From: an uncultured virus (IMG/VR IMGVR_UViG_3300002835_000040) | Lineage: Duplodnaviria > Heunggongvirae > Uroviricota > Caudoviricetes | Reading direction: 5' to 3' (one strand) | Length of the DNA: 57,396 bases | IMG/VR virus record: IMGVR_UViG_3300002835_000040 | In this document: piece by piece, positions 40,046-49,344 of the stretch | Numbering within the stretch: position 1 is the first letter of the stretch | How the letters are laid out: each line of letters opens with the position of its first letter | Notes under the pieces: generated by a model | Told to the model about the DNA's origin: nothing | Databases searched by the model: none | Seen by the model: the letters and a program-made list of their open reading frames with translations, nothing else | Made by a program: the position numbers and the translations under genes

Positions 40046-41604
40046 TGAAAAAAATAATATATGGTGGTAGAGTAATTGCCAATAATGACCCATGGATGAT
40101 TGGTCGTGTTAGAATTTTTCCTGATGATGAAGCGATTCAACAGATATTAATTTCTAAAAAAGATGAATATGATTCTCAAGGTGTATCAATATTAAATGAT
40201 AATCAAAGTGATGTTAGGGATGTTTATCAATTCACGTCTAAAGACCCATTTGTTTATCTACCTCTATTACCAATAAATCTTTCAATTTTACCTGAAATAA
40301 ATGAGTATGTTAATATAATTTACTCTAACAAAGAAGAAAATACAGGTAGAAAAAATCAATATTATGTTGCAAGTACTAAAAGTACTGTAATGAATATTGC
40401 ATATGAACAAAATTCTGCAACAAAGTCAATTTTAGCTGAAGGAGCTAACATTGCTCAAAATTTACCAATTAAAAACTATGATGGAACATATCCAAATAGT
40501 AAATCTAAAGGTGTTTTTGCTGAACCTCAAGATATTGGAATTTATTCGAAAGGAAGGTCTGATATTATTTTAAAAGATGGTGAAGTTTTAATTAGAGCGG
40601 TAAAAACACTATCCCTTGAGCAAACACAAAGACCTCAGGTTAATCAAAAAAGGACTTTTTTACAACTATCATATTTTGATAAAAAATTAACTTATTTACC
40701 TGAAAAAACTGTTCAAGTACCATTTTTGGTCGATAATAATGTAAAAAAATTGTTAGAGTATGATGTTATTAATATTAATAACTCATCACAAGGAAATTAT
40801 ACTGGTAGTATTAAAATTTACAATTTACCACCTATAGATTTAACAAAAGTTTCTGTATTTAATCAAGATACTTCATTGCCGGCAACAGTTACTACACCGG
40901 CTTATATTGACGAATTTATTAATGTATCTGAAGAAGAATTAGTGTTAAGAATAAATAACGCAATAGGAGGTTTAAATAAAGGTAAAGTTGATGGGTATAA
41001 TAAACCTGATTATTTTGCATCTGATGGTGAAAGATTTCCATTTTATTACAGACCTGGTGTTAATTTAAAAATGGCATTACAAAACCCAATAGTATCAAAT
41101 AGTTACATAAACGCTGCTTCAATAACTAATAAAATTAAATTTATTGGTTCAACACTAAATAAAGGTTATGATTTAGTTTCCGCTGAAAATCGAACTGGAA
41201 GAATTACAGATTATAATAGAATTAAAACACAAGCCGTTCAAGTTTCACCAATCCAAGAAGGTTATGCTGTTTTAGGTGGCGATAATGTTTATTTATTATC
41301 ACATAATTCTTCAATACCAGGAAAGAAAAAATTAAATCTTGGTGATGACACAGTTTATGGAATTCCTGTTGATGAATTATCGTTAAATTATATTAGTAAC
41401 ACTTCTGGGATTGTTAGAGGAGACCAATTAAAAGAACTTTTAAATTTAATTATAACATTTTTAACAAATCATACCCACCCTTGGCATAACTTATCCCCCG
41501 ATGAAAAACCTTTTAGTGGGGACGGTCCTTCTAAGTCATCAATAACAAGTGAACTTGCTTTATTTGATTCTAAAGTAATTAATCAAAATATTAGAACGAA
41601 TTGA
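40042..41604 (+). CDS. Baseplate central spike protein (T4 gp5/gpV-like OB fold, HxH tip)
   Basis: GRVIANNDPWMIGRVRI and LPEINEYVNII OB-fold motifs; C-terminal VRGDQL...NHTHP. Confidence 0.75.
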   Translation: MMKKIIYGGRVIANNDPWMIGRVRIFPDDEAIQQILISKKDEYDSQGVSILNDNQSDVRDVYQFTSKDPFVYLPLLPINLSILPEINEYVNIIYSNKEENTGRKNQYYVASTKSTVMNIAYEQNSATKSILAEGANIAQNLPIKNYDGTYPNSKSKGVFAEPQDIGIYSKGRSDIILKDGEVLIRAVKTLSLEQTQRPQVNQKRTFLQLSYFDKKLTYLPEKTVQVPFLVDNNVKKLLEYDVININNSSQGNYTGSIKIYNLPPIDLTKVSVFNQDTSLPATVTTPAYIDEFINVSEEELVLRINNAIGGLNKGKVDGYNKPDYFASDGERFPFYYRPGVNLKMALQNPIVSNSYINAASITNKIKFIGSTLNKGYDLVSAENRTGRITDYNRIKTQAVQVSPIQEGYAVLGGDNVYLLSHNSSIPGKKKLNLGDDTVYGIPVDELSLNYISNTSGIVRGDQLKELLNLIITFLTNHTHPWHNLSPDEKPFSGDGPSKSSITSELALFDSKVINQNIRTN

Positions 41605-41611
41605 TATTTAT
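41605..41611 (+). promoter_or_regulatory. TATTTAT putative late promoter motif
   Basis: TGATATTTAT directly after the spike stop, 12 nt before ATG 41624. Confidence 0.55.
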
Positions 41612-41623
41612 TGAAAAAAGATA

Positions 41624-43117
41624 ATGTCAATTCATCGCTCATATTTTAATAGAAACAATACAATTCAATATAACAGTTTCACAAACACTGGTAAATCACC
41701 GTGGACTGAACTGTATTTTGGGTCGGCAAACGATTCTATAAGTCCGTCAGGATTTAGTCGTTTTATATTTGATTTAAATTTATCAGGTCTTACCCAAAAA
41801 ATTCAAGACGGAATCATATCTACAGGATGTACAGGATTTTCGGGTATAACTCATACTTTAAGAATGACAAATACTTCGTCATTTGATAACGAGTTATTAA
41901 ATGATACAACCTCAACAGGTAGAAGAAGAGCAACTTCTTTTGATTTAATATTATTTAGAATACCTTTAACTTCAGGTTCAACAGGTAATGCTCAATCTTG
42001 GGATGAGGGTGTTGGATACGATTACTATAATATAACAAAGACCTTAAATACTTCTAACGGATTATTAACACCAATAGCTCTACCTCAAGATAAATCATCG
42101 TCACAAAGACCTTCCAATTGGTTTCAAACTACAACATTAAGTGGATGGAGTACTAATGGAATATATAATAATACAACTGGAGGTAATGTTGATTATTCGG
42201 ATTTAATTATTGTTGATACTCAACATTTTGAATTTGGTAATGAAGATATTGAGTTTAATATGACAAATGAAATTAATCAATATCTTACAGGTTCCACATC
42301 AGGATTTACAGGATGGGGTATTGCGTATTTACCTCAATTAGAAAATTTAACAGGGTTAACTGAAAATTATTCTGTTGGATTTTTTACAAGACACACTCAA
42401 ACATTTTATGAACCGTTTTTGGAAACATCATATAACGATTTAATATTAGATAATAGAAATTCATTCTATTCTTACAATAATAATAATCTTTATTTATATT
42501 CTTATATTGGAGGGGTTCCAACGAGTTTAGACAATTTACCGTTGGTTACAATTAGAAATAACCAGGACAGTGTTATTGGTACTTATACAAGTTGTCAAAT
42601 AACACAGGGTGTTTATCAAATAACAACAAGTGGGATAACTGTAACAACTCCATGTATGTTTACTGATACTTGGTCTAATTTAGTATATAATGGTGTTTCA
42701 TTACCTAATGTGGTTAATGATTTAACAGTATTACCTTATCAAGGGTATTTTACATTAGGAACACAAAGTAAAGACCCTGAATTATTTGGATTTGATTTTT
42801 ATGGTATTAAACAAGATGAAAAAATATTAAACACTGATTTACGAAAAGTTGGTGTAATTGTTAAAAAAGCATATTCTTCAAATGAAGTTTTAACACCTGT
42901 AACAGTATATTATAGAGTTTATGTTCACGAAGGCCAGACAGAAGTACAAGTTCAAGATTGGACGTTAGTTAATAGAGCGTCAAATGAGTACTATTTTATA
43001 TTTGACACAAGAGATAAAATCCCTAATGAATATTTTATTGATTTAAAAGTATTAACATCAGGTGAAGTAGATACTTATAAAAGAACAATTAAATTCCAAA
43101 TTGTTAACAAAAAATGA
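41624..43117 (+). CDS. Probable virion structural protein (S/T/G-rich)
   Basis: 497 aa, late motif upstream, SRFIFDL and SWDEGVGYD segments, eight [S/T]GxT motifs. Confidence 0.6.
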   Translation: MSIHRSYFNRNNTIQYNSFTNTGKSPWTELYFGSANDSISPSGFSRFIFDLNLSGLTQKIQDGIISTGCTGFSGITHTLRMTNTSSFDNELLNDTTSTGRRRATSFDLILFRIPLTSGSTGNAQSWDEGVGYDYYNITKTLNTSNGLLTPIALPQDKSSSQRPSNWFQTTTLSGWSTNGIYNNTTGGNVDYSDLIIVDTQHFEFGNEDIEFNMTNEINQYLTGSTSGFTGWGIAYLPQLENLTGLTENYSVGFFTRHTQTFYEPFLETSYNDLILDNRNSFYSYNNNNLYLYSYIGGVPTSLDNLPLVTIRNNQDSVIGTYTSCQITQGVYQITTSGITVTTPCMFTDTWSNLVYNGVSLPNVVNDLTVLPYQGYFTLGTQSKDPELFGFDFYGIKQDEKILNTDLRKVGVIVKKAYSSNEVLTPVTVYYRVYVHEGQTEVQVQDWTLVNRASNEYYFIFDTRDKIPNEYFIDLKVLTSGEVDTYKRTIKFQIVNKK

Positions 43118-43632
43118 AAAAAGTAACATTAAAAGAAAACGAATACGTTAAATTATTAAAATTTGTTTTATCCGAAGCTTTTACGGCAGGGGAAGATAAG
43201 ATTGACGCAATTTTAGATAAAATTAGTCAATCAGGTATGGAATCAATCACACCTGAAGAAAGAGAAACTCTTGAAAAATTTACTAAGGGTATTTCAATAG
43301 AAGATGAGTCATCATCTAAAGAAGATTTTATGACAAAAGCGGGTGGTTTTTGGTCTTTTGAATTTCCAGGAATGCCATCGTTTAAATTTAGATATGAGTC
43401 AACTGAAGATACTGAAGATGAAAAAATACATACAGGATATCTAACAGTTGATGATAGTGATTACTATGGTGAAATTTATTGTGATACGGAAGGTAATTTC
43501 CAAACTTGTATGTTTGAAAATACAACTGAAGGAACCAACGTATTTGAGGATTATGAAGGTTTAGAACACGATATTGAAGTGTTTTTAGATGTTGTCTGTA
43601 ATGACCTAAAAGAAGATGATATGATGGCGTAA
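43114..43632 (+). CDS. Hypothetical protein with DUF6576-like helical motif
   Basis: IDAILDKISQSGMESITPEERETL resembles the C-terminal motif of Bacteroidota rhomboid proteases; leader MKKVTLKENEYVKLLKFVLSE. Confidence 0.6.
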   Translation: MKKVTLKENEYVKLLKFVLSEAFTAGEDKIDAILDKISQSGMESITPEERETLEKFTKGISIEDESSSKEDFMTKAGGFWSFEFPGMPSFKFRYESTEDTEDEKIHTGYLTVDDSDYYGEIYCDTEGNFQTCMFENTTEGTNVFEDYEGLEHDIEVFLDVVCNDLKEDDMMA

Positions 43633-43633
43633 T

Positions 43634-44077
43634 ATGAAAAATTTAAATAACATAATTAAAAAAGTTCTTAAAGAGGAAAATCAAAGATACATGTTTTTCT
43701 CTAACTTAGAACAAATGAAACGCCAATGTGAAATACTACTTGGTAAAGATAAACAAATGATAGAATCAATTTTAGATAATGGACACGATTGGGCTCAAGA
43801 CCATATTGCCGAAGCTAAAAATAATATGGACCAAGTATTTGATTTTATCATGAATGAAATCGAGGGTGAAGATTTTAGTAGTGATGACGCTGTAGAAGTA
43901 ATGTATGAAGGTCGTAAAAAAGCGGGTACTAAATTATGTGCTCGTGGTAAAGCAGCGGCCGAGTCAAAATATGACGTGTATCCCTCAGCTTACGCTAATG
44001 GTTATGCGATTCAAGTATGTAAAGGTAAAAAACCTGGTTTAGACGGAAAAAAACGTTGTTCAGGAGCATATTGTTAA
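43634..44077 (+). CDS. Two-module hypothetical protein
   Basis: Leader IIKKVLKEE; module 1 YMFFSNL...HDWAQDHI; linker VMYE; basic Cys-containing module 2 LCARGK...YPSAYANGY..VCKG. Confidence 0.7.
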   Translation: MKNLNNIIKKVLKEENQRYMFFSNLEQMKRQCEILLGKDKQMIESILDNGHDWAQDHIAEAKNNMDQVFDFIMNEIEGEDFSSDDAVEVMYEGRKKAGTKLCARGKAAAESKYDVYPSAYANGYAIQVCKGKKPGLDGKKRCSGAYC

Positions 44078-44085
44078 TCAAAAAT

Positions 44086-44116
44086 TTTGAATTATTAAAA
44101 AATCATAGTATGTTTG
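44086..44116 (+). promoter_or_regulatory. Bacteroidota primary-sigma (-33/-7) promoter
   Basis: TTTG-N19-TATGTTTG, an exact match to TTTG-N19-21-TAnnTTTG, 19 nt before ATG 44136. Confidence 0.7.
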
Positions 44117-44135
44117 TAGTCAAATCATAAATAAC

Positions 44136-44540
44136 ATGACTATAATTAAAAAACTGTGGATTAAATATCGTCTATATCTACGTCGATTAGACCGAGAAAG
44201 TACCGAATTTGACATTTATATGTCTAACGTGAGGAAATGTTCCACCATATGTAGAAAACTCATTCATTCGGAAGATTCTGAACTCATAATTGCTCCAATA
44301 TCAGACAAAAAATATATCCGTAATGATAAATTAGGTATTTTTGTTACTATGGATGGTGGACAAGTTACAGTAACTAATCATACATACAGTTATTTTATTA
44401 AATTGAGTAAAATTCAATGGGATAAATTGGTCGGTACATTTCGTAAAGAAATGGAATTTAGAGCAATGGAGATTGAAAAAGAATTAGAAACTCAAATTAA
44501 TCACTCACTTGATAATATTTATAATAAAATAAATTGTTAA
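44136..44540 (+). CDS. Hypothetical protein (probably early)
   Basis: 134 aa downstream of a host-type promoter. Confidence 0.7.
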   Translation: MTIIKKLWIKYRLYLRRLDRESTEFDIYMSNVRKCSTICRKLIHSEDSELIIAPISDKKYIRNDKLGIFVTMDGGQVTVTNHTYSYFIKLSKIQWDKLVGTFRKEMEFRAMEIEKELETQINHSLDNIYNKINC

Positions 44541-44550
44541 TATTAAAGTC

Positions 44551-44796
44551 ATGTCAAAGTTAGATACACAAATTAAAAAAGTATTAAGAGAAATGTCTGA
44601 AGAACCTGAATACGGAAGATTGGATAGAAGTTTAATTCAAGATGTTATCGATAGAATATTATCTGATGAAACGGGTGAATATAAAAATGCGTTAAGAGAA
44701 TTAAATTCTGAATACAATACAGGACAATACTCAAGACCTGAAAGAACTTATGAACCTCTTAAACCAGGTATTAGAGTTAGTAAAAGTATTTATTAA
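44551..44796 (+). CDS. Hypothetical protein with IKKVLRE leader
   Basis: 81 aa, MSKLDTQIKKVLREM. Confidence 0.7.
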   Translation: MSKLDTQIKKVLREMSEEPEYGRLDRSLIQDVIDRILSDETGEYKNALRELNSEYNTGQYSRPERTYEPLKPGIRVSKSIY

Positions 44797-45536
44797 TCTA
44801 AAGCCTTCCTAATTAAAGATATTAAGACCGATTCGTTGGTCTTTTTCTTTTTTGGTTTGTATGAAGTCATAACAGGTTTTTGACCTTTTCCTGTTTGAGT
44901 ATCTTTCTTTTCGGCCTTTCTTTTTTGTTGACAAGCCGCTTGTTTTTGAGAATCGGACATTTTAGCAGCCACACCAACCGCTCTACATTTAGGATAACTT
45001 TTTTCACTACCCTCAGGTCTACCACAAGGTGGATGTTTACCATCTTTTTTACTACAAATATTAACCCATGGACCTTTAGGTTGTTTACTACCCTTTGGTT
45101 TTTTCTTAGTTCCAAACCAAACACCTAAATCTTCATTAGTATCTTTTTTTGATTCATTCACCGAATCTACTTGATAATGTGGTTCGAGTCTCTTAAATGG
45201 AGCATACGCATATTCATCATCTCCTTCATCAGGAGCATCTTGTCTATAATCTTTATCTCTAATATGTTTTGCTAATTTTTCTCTTTTTTGAATTTCTTTT
45301 TTAGATTTTTTAACATGACCATCTAATGAATCGTAATTTATTTCAGCGTCAACATAATCAGATACAGGGTCAATAAATGGCATTAAATTTTTATCAAACC
45401 ATTTTCTAATTCCTGGTCTAATTGGTGGTTTGTATGTGCCACCAACAGTTGATGTCGTAGAGGCTTCATTTAAATATTTCTCATATTCAGTTAATTTTTT
45501 AAAAATATCTAATAAGTTCGTGCTTTCCATAATCAA
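44793..45536 (-). CDS. Hypothetical multi-module protein with a basic Cys-containing domain (start may be ATG 45530)
   Basis: EDLGVWFG...GPWVNIC...PPCGR...YPKCR...ACQQKRKAE; several xNE sites; TATTTAT at 45556-45562. Confidence 0.7.
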   Translation of the reverse strand: MIMESTNLLDIFKKLTEYEKYLNEASTTSTVGGTYKPPIRPGIRKWFDKNLMPFIDPVSDYVDAEINYDSLDGHVKKSKKEIQKREKLAKHIRDKDYRQDAPDEGDDEYAYAPFKRLEPHYQVDSVNESKKDTNEDLGVWFGTKKKPKGSKQPKGPWVNICSKKDGKHPPCGRPEGSEKSYPKCRAVGVAAKMSDSQKQAACQQKRKAEKKDTQTGKGQKPVMTSYKPKKKKTNESVLISLIRKALD

Positions 45537-45571
45537 TTTAAATTATTATCATTATATAAATATTACAAATT

Positions 45572-45826
45572 ATGGAACATTCTAATGAAGATATATTAAA
45601 AGAAGAAATTATTGAAAAATTCAAAAATTTAAATCCTATTGGAAGTTTATTTGATGCTATTAATTATACTTCTTATGAAGATTTAGACAAATTCATAGTT
45701 AATATGTCTCAAGAACAATCTCTTTATTGTTTAATGGAGGCAGTTAAATGCTCATACAGAAGAGGTGTATTTACTCTTGAGGAAAGTGAAGCTATATCTA
45801 AATCACTTAGGATTTTATCTAAATAA
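45572..45826 (+). CDS. Hypothetical protein
   Basis: 84 aa, followed by a bidirectional terminator. Confidence 0.7.
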   Translation: MEHSNEDILKEEIIEKFKNLNPIGSLFDAINYTSYEDLDKFIVNMSQEQSLYCLMEAVKCSYRRGVFTLEESEAISKSLRILSK

Positions 45827-45855
45827 AAAAAGGTCAGATTTCTCTGACCTTTTTT
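45826..45855. terminator. Bidirectional intrinsic terminator (capsid gene and convergent ORF)
   Basis: AAAAAAGGTCAGA-TTTC-TCTGACCTTTTTT perfect inverted repeat. Confidence 0.88.
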
Positions 45856-45874
45856 ATTATCGATTAAGATAAGA

Positions 45875-47767
45875 TTATCTTAACTCATTCAAATCGAATG
45901 TACGAACACCATCAACGATGATACGTCCATAGAAACGGTTATTAACCATCTTCTTAGCGTAACGTGTCATAATACCCTTGATAGGAGTAAAGTTGAATGG
46001 GTTATACATTGTTGGAGTTAATTGTAACGGTACGTATGGAGCGTAGATGTAACCAGTATCCAATAAAGAAGTACCTTTATGACCAATCAACACAGTGTTA
46101 GCTGGGAAGTATGGGTCACGGTATACTTGGTAACGACCACTTAATGTACCAACTCTCTCAATACCCATGTTGAATTGGTCCTGCTCAGGAGCCGCATTTG
46201 ATACGTGGAAGTATTCCAAGTCATCAAAGATAGCACTGATTTCAGAAGATACAACAATCCAGTTAGCTCCACCTCTTAAAGTAGACTTATGGATTTGAGC
46301 TGAAATTTGGTTGATTGCAGTAATCAACGTTTGATTCCAGTCCTTTTGAGTGTAAGGAGTTGATTGGTTGTTCAGACGCTTCCATCCGTTGTAATCCCAA
46401 CGTAATGTCCAAGCCGCACCTTTACGTAAGTCACGTAAAATTTCACGGTCAATTTCAGCCGCCACTTGCTCAGATAATAAAGCTGTTAATTCAGCTTCAG
46501 CATCGATGTTGTGGAATGCCGCAACGTCTTGTGCCATTTCTGGAGACCATTGTGCTCTTAATTTTCTTTCTGTTACAGAAACAGTTACTGACTCAAGGTC
46601 AAAAGAAACTTCACCAATCTTATCTTCAAATTCTAACTCTTCGTAACGTCTCCAAGCAGCTTGGATGTTAGTATATGCATTACCAGTACCAGCAGTAGCT
46701 CCTGACCAATATTGGTTAGTCAATGAAGAACCTGAATATCCATCAGGAGTTGATTGTCCACATGCGATACATGCTGGAACTTGTAAATCAACTTCTAAAT
46801 AGATAAATCCTTTTTGGTCACATACGTTATCATAATAACCACCATTACCACCTGTAGTTTGAGCTCCAGGGAATGCAGCTTGTGTTGAAGTGTATTGAGG
46901 ACCATACATAGCCTGACCATACTTCTGAGTTACAACACGATATAAAAGTGGAGTATATGTTGCAACACCCAAGTCGGTAGCAACGTTTGTGTTATTAGTA
47001 TAAAGAACCAAATTAGATAAGAAAGATTCAGTATCTTGCTCTTGTCCGTCAGGTCCGATTAATTTACCTATACCACTAGCACTTAAACCTGAAAGTGCAA
47101 CAATAACTTTACGATATTCAGTTTTTGAAGCCGCAACTTGTCCAAGAAGAGTATAACCTGAAGCAATTAACGCACCATTAGACCAAGCAACTGTCGGTGT
47201 GTTTGCAGTATAAGTTACAAAACGTCCTTTAGAATAATCGAATAAACCTGCTGGGTCAAGACCTGGCTCAGTTCCTTCGTAGAATAAATCATAAAGATTT
47301 TTTGTATATGCTCCTGAAGATGTACCATAACCTGCGTTAGGGTCACCAGGATAGTTTCCAGGAGAACCTACAGGTGCGTAGTGGTCACCTGAAGTAACGT
47401 TTACACCATTGATTGAAGAACCTCCAGAATAACCTTGGATTTGAGGTACAAAGTAGAACAATTTACCGATTGGTAAGTTCATAGCTTGTACAGAAACGAT
47501 TTCGTTAGACAATAATTTAGAGAACACACGTCTGATGATAGGGAATACCACAGTCTCGAATGAACCTGAATCTGCCGTAGAAGATGCTTCGTTAATTAAA
47601 TGTGACGCTTGGTTTTCATACAATTGTGCAACATTTTCTTTTAGGTGGCCTTTAAGACCTTCAAGGAACCCTAATTTGTCCCATTTGTTTATAGTGTCTT
47701 CTTTGATAACTTTCAAGTGCTTAAGACCGATGTTACCTACTAATCCACTTTCTAATAATGCTCCCAT
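45875..47767 (-). CDS. Major capsid protein (T4 gp23-like) with a large central insertion
   Basis: PIIRRVF, IVSVQAMNLPIGKLFY, RKLRAQWSPEMAQDV.AFH.IDAEAEL, EIDREI, GYIYAPYVPL, GIMTRYA. Confidence 0.96.
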   Translation of the reverse strand: MGALLESGLVGNIGLKHLKVIKEDTINKWDKLGFLEGLKGHLKENVAQLYENQASHLINEASSTADSGSFETVVFPIIRRVFSKLLSNEIVSVQAMNLPIGKLFYFVPQIQGYSGGSSINGVNVTSGDHYAPVGSPGNYPGDPNAGYGTSSGAYTKNLYDLFYEGTEPGLDPAGLFDYSKGRFVTYTANTPTVAWSNGALIASGYTLLGQVAASKTEYRKVIVALSGLSASGIGKLIGPDGQEQDTESFLSNLVLYTNNTNVATDLGVATYTPLLYRVVTQKYGQAMYGPQYTSTQAAFPGAQTTGGNGGYYDNVCDQKGFIYLEVDLQVPACIACGQSTPDGYSGSSLTNQYWSGATAGTGNAYTNIQAAWRRYEELEFEDKIGEVSFDLESVTVSVTERKLRAQWSPEMAQDVAAFHNIDAEAELTALLSEQVAAEIDREILRDLRKGAAWTLRWDYNGWKRLNNQSTPYTQKDWNQTLITAINQISAQIHKSTLRGGANWIVVSSEISAIFDDLEYFHVSNAAPEQDQFNMGIERVGTLSGRYQVYRDPYFPANTVLIGHKGTSLLDTGYIYAPYVPLQLTPTMYNPFNFTPIKGIMTRYAKKMVNNRFYGRIIVDGVRTFDLNELR

Positions 47768-47796
47768 TTATTTTATAGGTTTTTTATTTTTTAAGT

Positions 47797-49227
47797 TTAT
47801 TTTATTATTTTTGACATAATGTCTTTCATTCTCAAGAATTGAGGATTCTCATAAGTCTTAGATTCAATCAGATTAACTGCTGAACCTGACTGTGGAGCTT
47901 TATCAATTACTCTTTCGATTGACTCAGTCATGAACTTTTTGGTTTCCCCTCCAAGTTCGTCTTTTATTGTTTTATACAAAGCTTTAGACTCTTTAAGAGT
48001 TTCAGCAGAATCAAATCTTCTTAAAACGTTAATTTTTTCCTGCTTTGATGTAGAATGTTCTGTGAACAATCTTGTAGCATATGCTAAATTTGAATTAAAT
48101 ACGGCAACTTCGTTAAGTTTATCTCTAAACATATTTAGAGCCTTTCTGTATTCTTCATTTTTAGCCTTTAACATTTCAACTTCTTCCATGATTTCACGGT
48201 TTTCAAAAGTTAGATTTCTGTTAGGTGTAACACCTTTTCTTAAACCACGTCCTTCTTTAGAACCGAATCCATAAGTACGAGATGCTTCTTTAGCTTCTTC
48301 CTTAGTGAATTTTTTTACACCCTTTGGACTTGGCATGTCAAACATTTCACCTTCTTTGAATTCAAACTTTGGTTTAGATGTTCCTTTAGTAGGGTTAGCG
48401 TGTGATTTCTTTTCGTTAAAACCACCTTTAGATTTTTCATAATTAAATTTGGCTTTACCTACAGAACCTTTTGTACCAACTTTTGGTTTAATAACAGATT
48501 TAGATTCGTACATTACGTCTTCTTCAAACGTGTATTCCTCTTCTTCTTCACCTTCTTCCATGGTTTCAAAATCTTTGTAATGACCATCAACGTCTCCGAT
48601 TTTATGACCATCTCGTCTTTTATAATCGTGTTCGTCTCCGCCATACATTTCATCTAATTCTTCTTCAGCTTCATCATCCATTTCAATTTCGTAAACGATT
48701 TCTTCTGATTCTTCTTCATTATCTTCTTCCATTCCAAACTCCTCTTCTTCAGATTCTGTTTGAATAAGGTATTCATCTTCTTCATCTTTTAAATGAATGA
48801 AATCACCTTCTTTTTTAATTTCAAAAGAATCATCTGGACTCATTTGTTTGTAAGCCTTTAAGACATCTTCTAATGAATGGTTAGATAAATCCATGATTTC
48901 ATCAGATTCGAAATCATCTCCACCACTGATATCAGAAAAATTTGACATGTCGAAACTTTCTTCAGAATCTTCGTCTTCAGACTCGTCTTCTTCAGACTCG
49001 TCATCAAATTCAAATTCGTCTTCCTCAGAATCATCTTCAGATTCTAATTCGTCTTCAACTTCAAATTCATCTTCTTCTTCAGCCTCATTTTTCATAGACT
49101 CTTTTACTAATTCGCTAATTTCTTCTTTCATTGTAGAATGAAGTATTTCTTTTGCATTTTCATTGATTGCTTCTTCCAAATTTTGTATTTGGATTAATGC
49201 TTCTTCAACTAAGTTTTTTTCTGCCAT
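47797..49227 (-). CDS. Prohead core/scaffolding protein
   Basis: Very acidic, coiled-coil, immediately upstream of the capsid gene; C-terminal LNEVAVFNSNLAYATRLF. Confidence 0.75.
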   Translation of the reverse strand: MAEKNLVEEALIQIQNLEEAINENAKEILHSTMKEEISELVKESMKNEAEEEDEFEVEDELESEDDSEEDEFEFDDESEEDESEDEDSEESFDMSNFSDISGGDDFESDEIMDLSNHSLEDVLKAYKQMSPDDSFEIKKEGDFIHLKDEEDEYLIQTESEEEEFGMEEDNEEESEEIVYEIEMDDEAEEELDEMYGGDEHDYKRRDGHKIGDVDGHYKDFETMEEGEEEEEYTFEEDVMYESKSVIKPKVGTKGSVGKAKFNYEKSKGGFNEKKSHANPTKGTSKPKFEFKEGEMFDMPSPKGVKKFTKEEAKEASRTYGFGSKEGRGLRKGVTPNRNLTFENREIMEEVEMLKAKNEEYRKALNMFRDKLNEVAVFNSNLAYATRLFTEHSTSKQEKINVLRRFDSAETLKESKALYKTIKDELGGETKKFMTESIERVIDKAPQSGSAVNLIESKTYENPQFLRMKDIMSKIIK

Positions 49228-49246
49228 TGCGTAGTTATTTTATTAA

Positions 49247-49253
49247 ATAAATA
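49247..49253 (-). promoter_or_regulatory. TATTTAT putative late promoter motif (scaffold-capsid operon)
   Basis: 19 nt upstream of ATG 49227, just downstream of a terminator. Confidence 0.55.
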
Positions 49254-49294
49254 TGCAGATGTTTAGAAAAATTAATTTTTTTTGGTTTTTAAAT

Positions 49295-49322
49295 AAAAAA
49301 AGGGGACTTTTGTCCCCCTTTT
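49295..49322 (-). terminator. Intrinsic terminator
   Basis: GGGGAC-TTTT-GTCCCC hairpin; the A7 run on plus gives a U-tract on minus. Confidence 0.8.
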
Positions 49323-49344
49323 AAATTCTTTTTAAACTTTGTGA

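Noticed and set aside
48520..49085. GAA/GAT-rich low-complexity tract as a repeat element
   Set aside because: It is explained by the Glu/Asp-rich region of the scaffold protein
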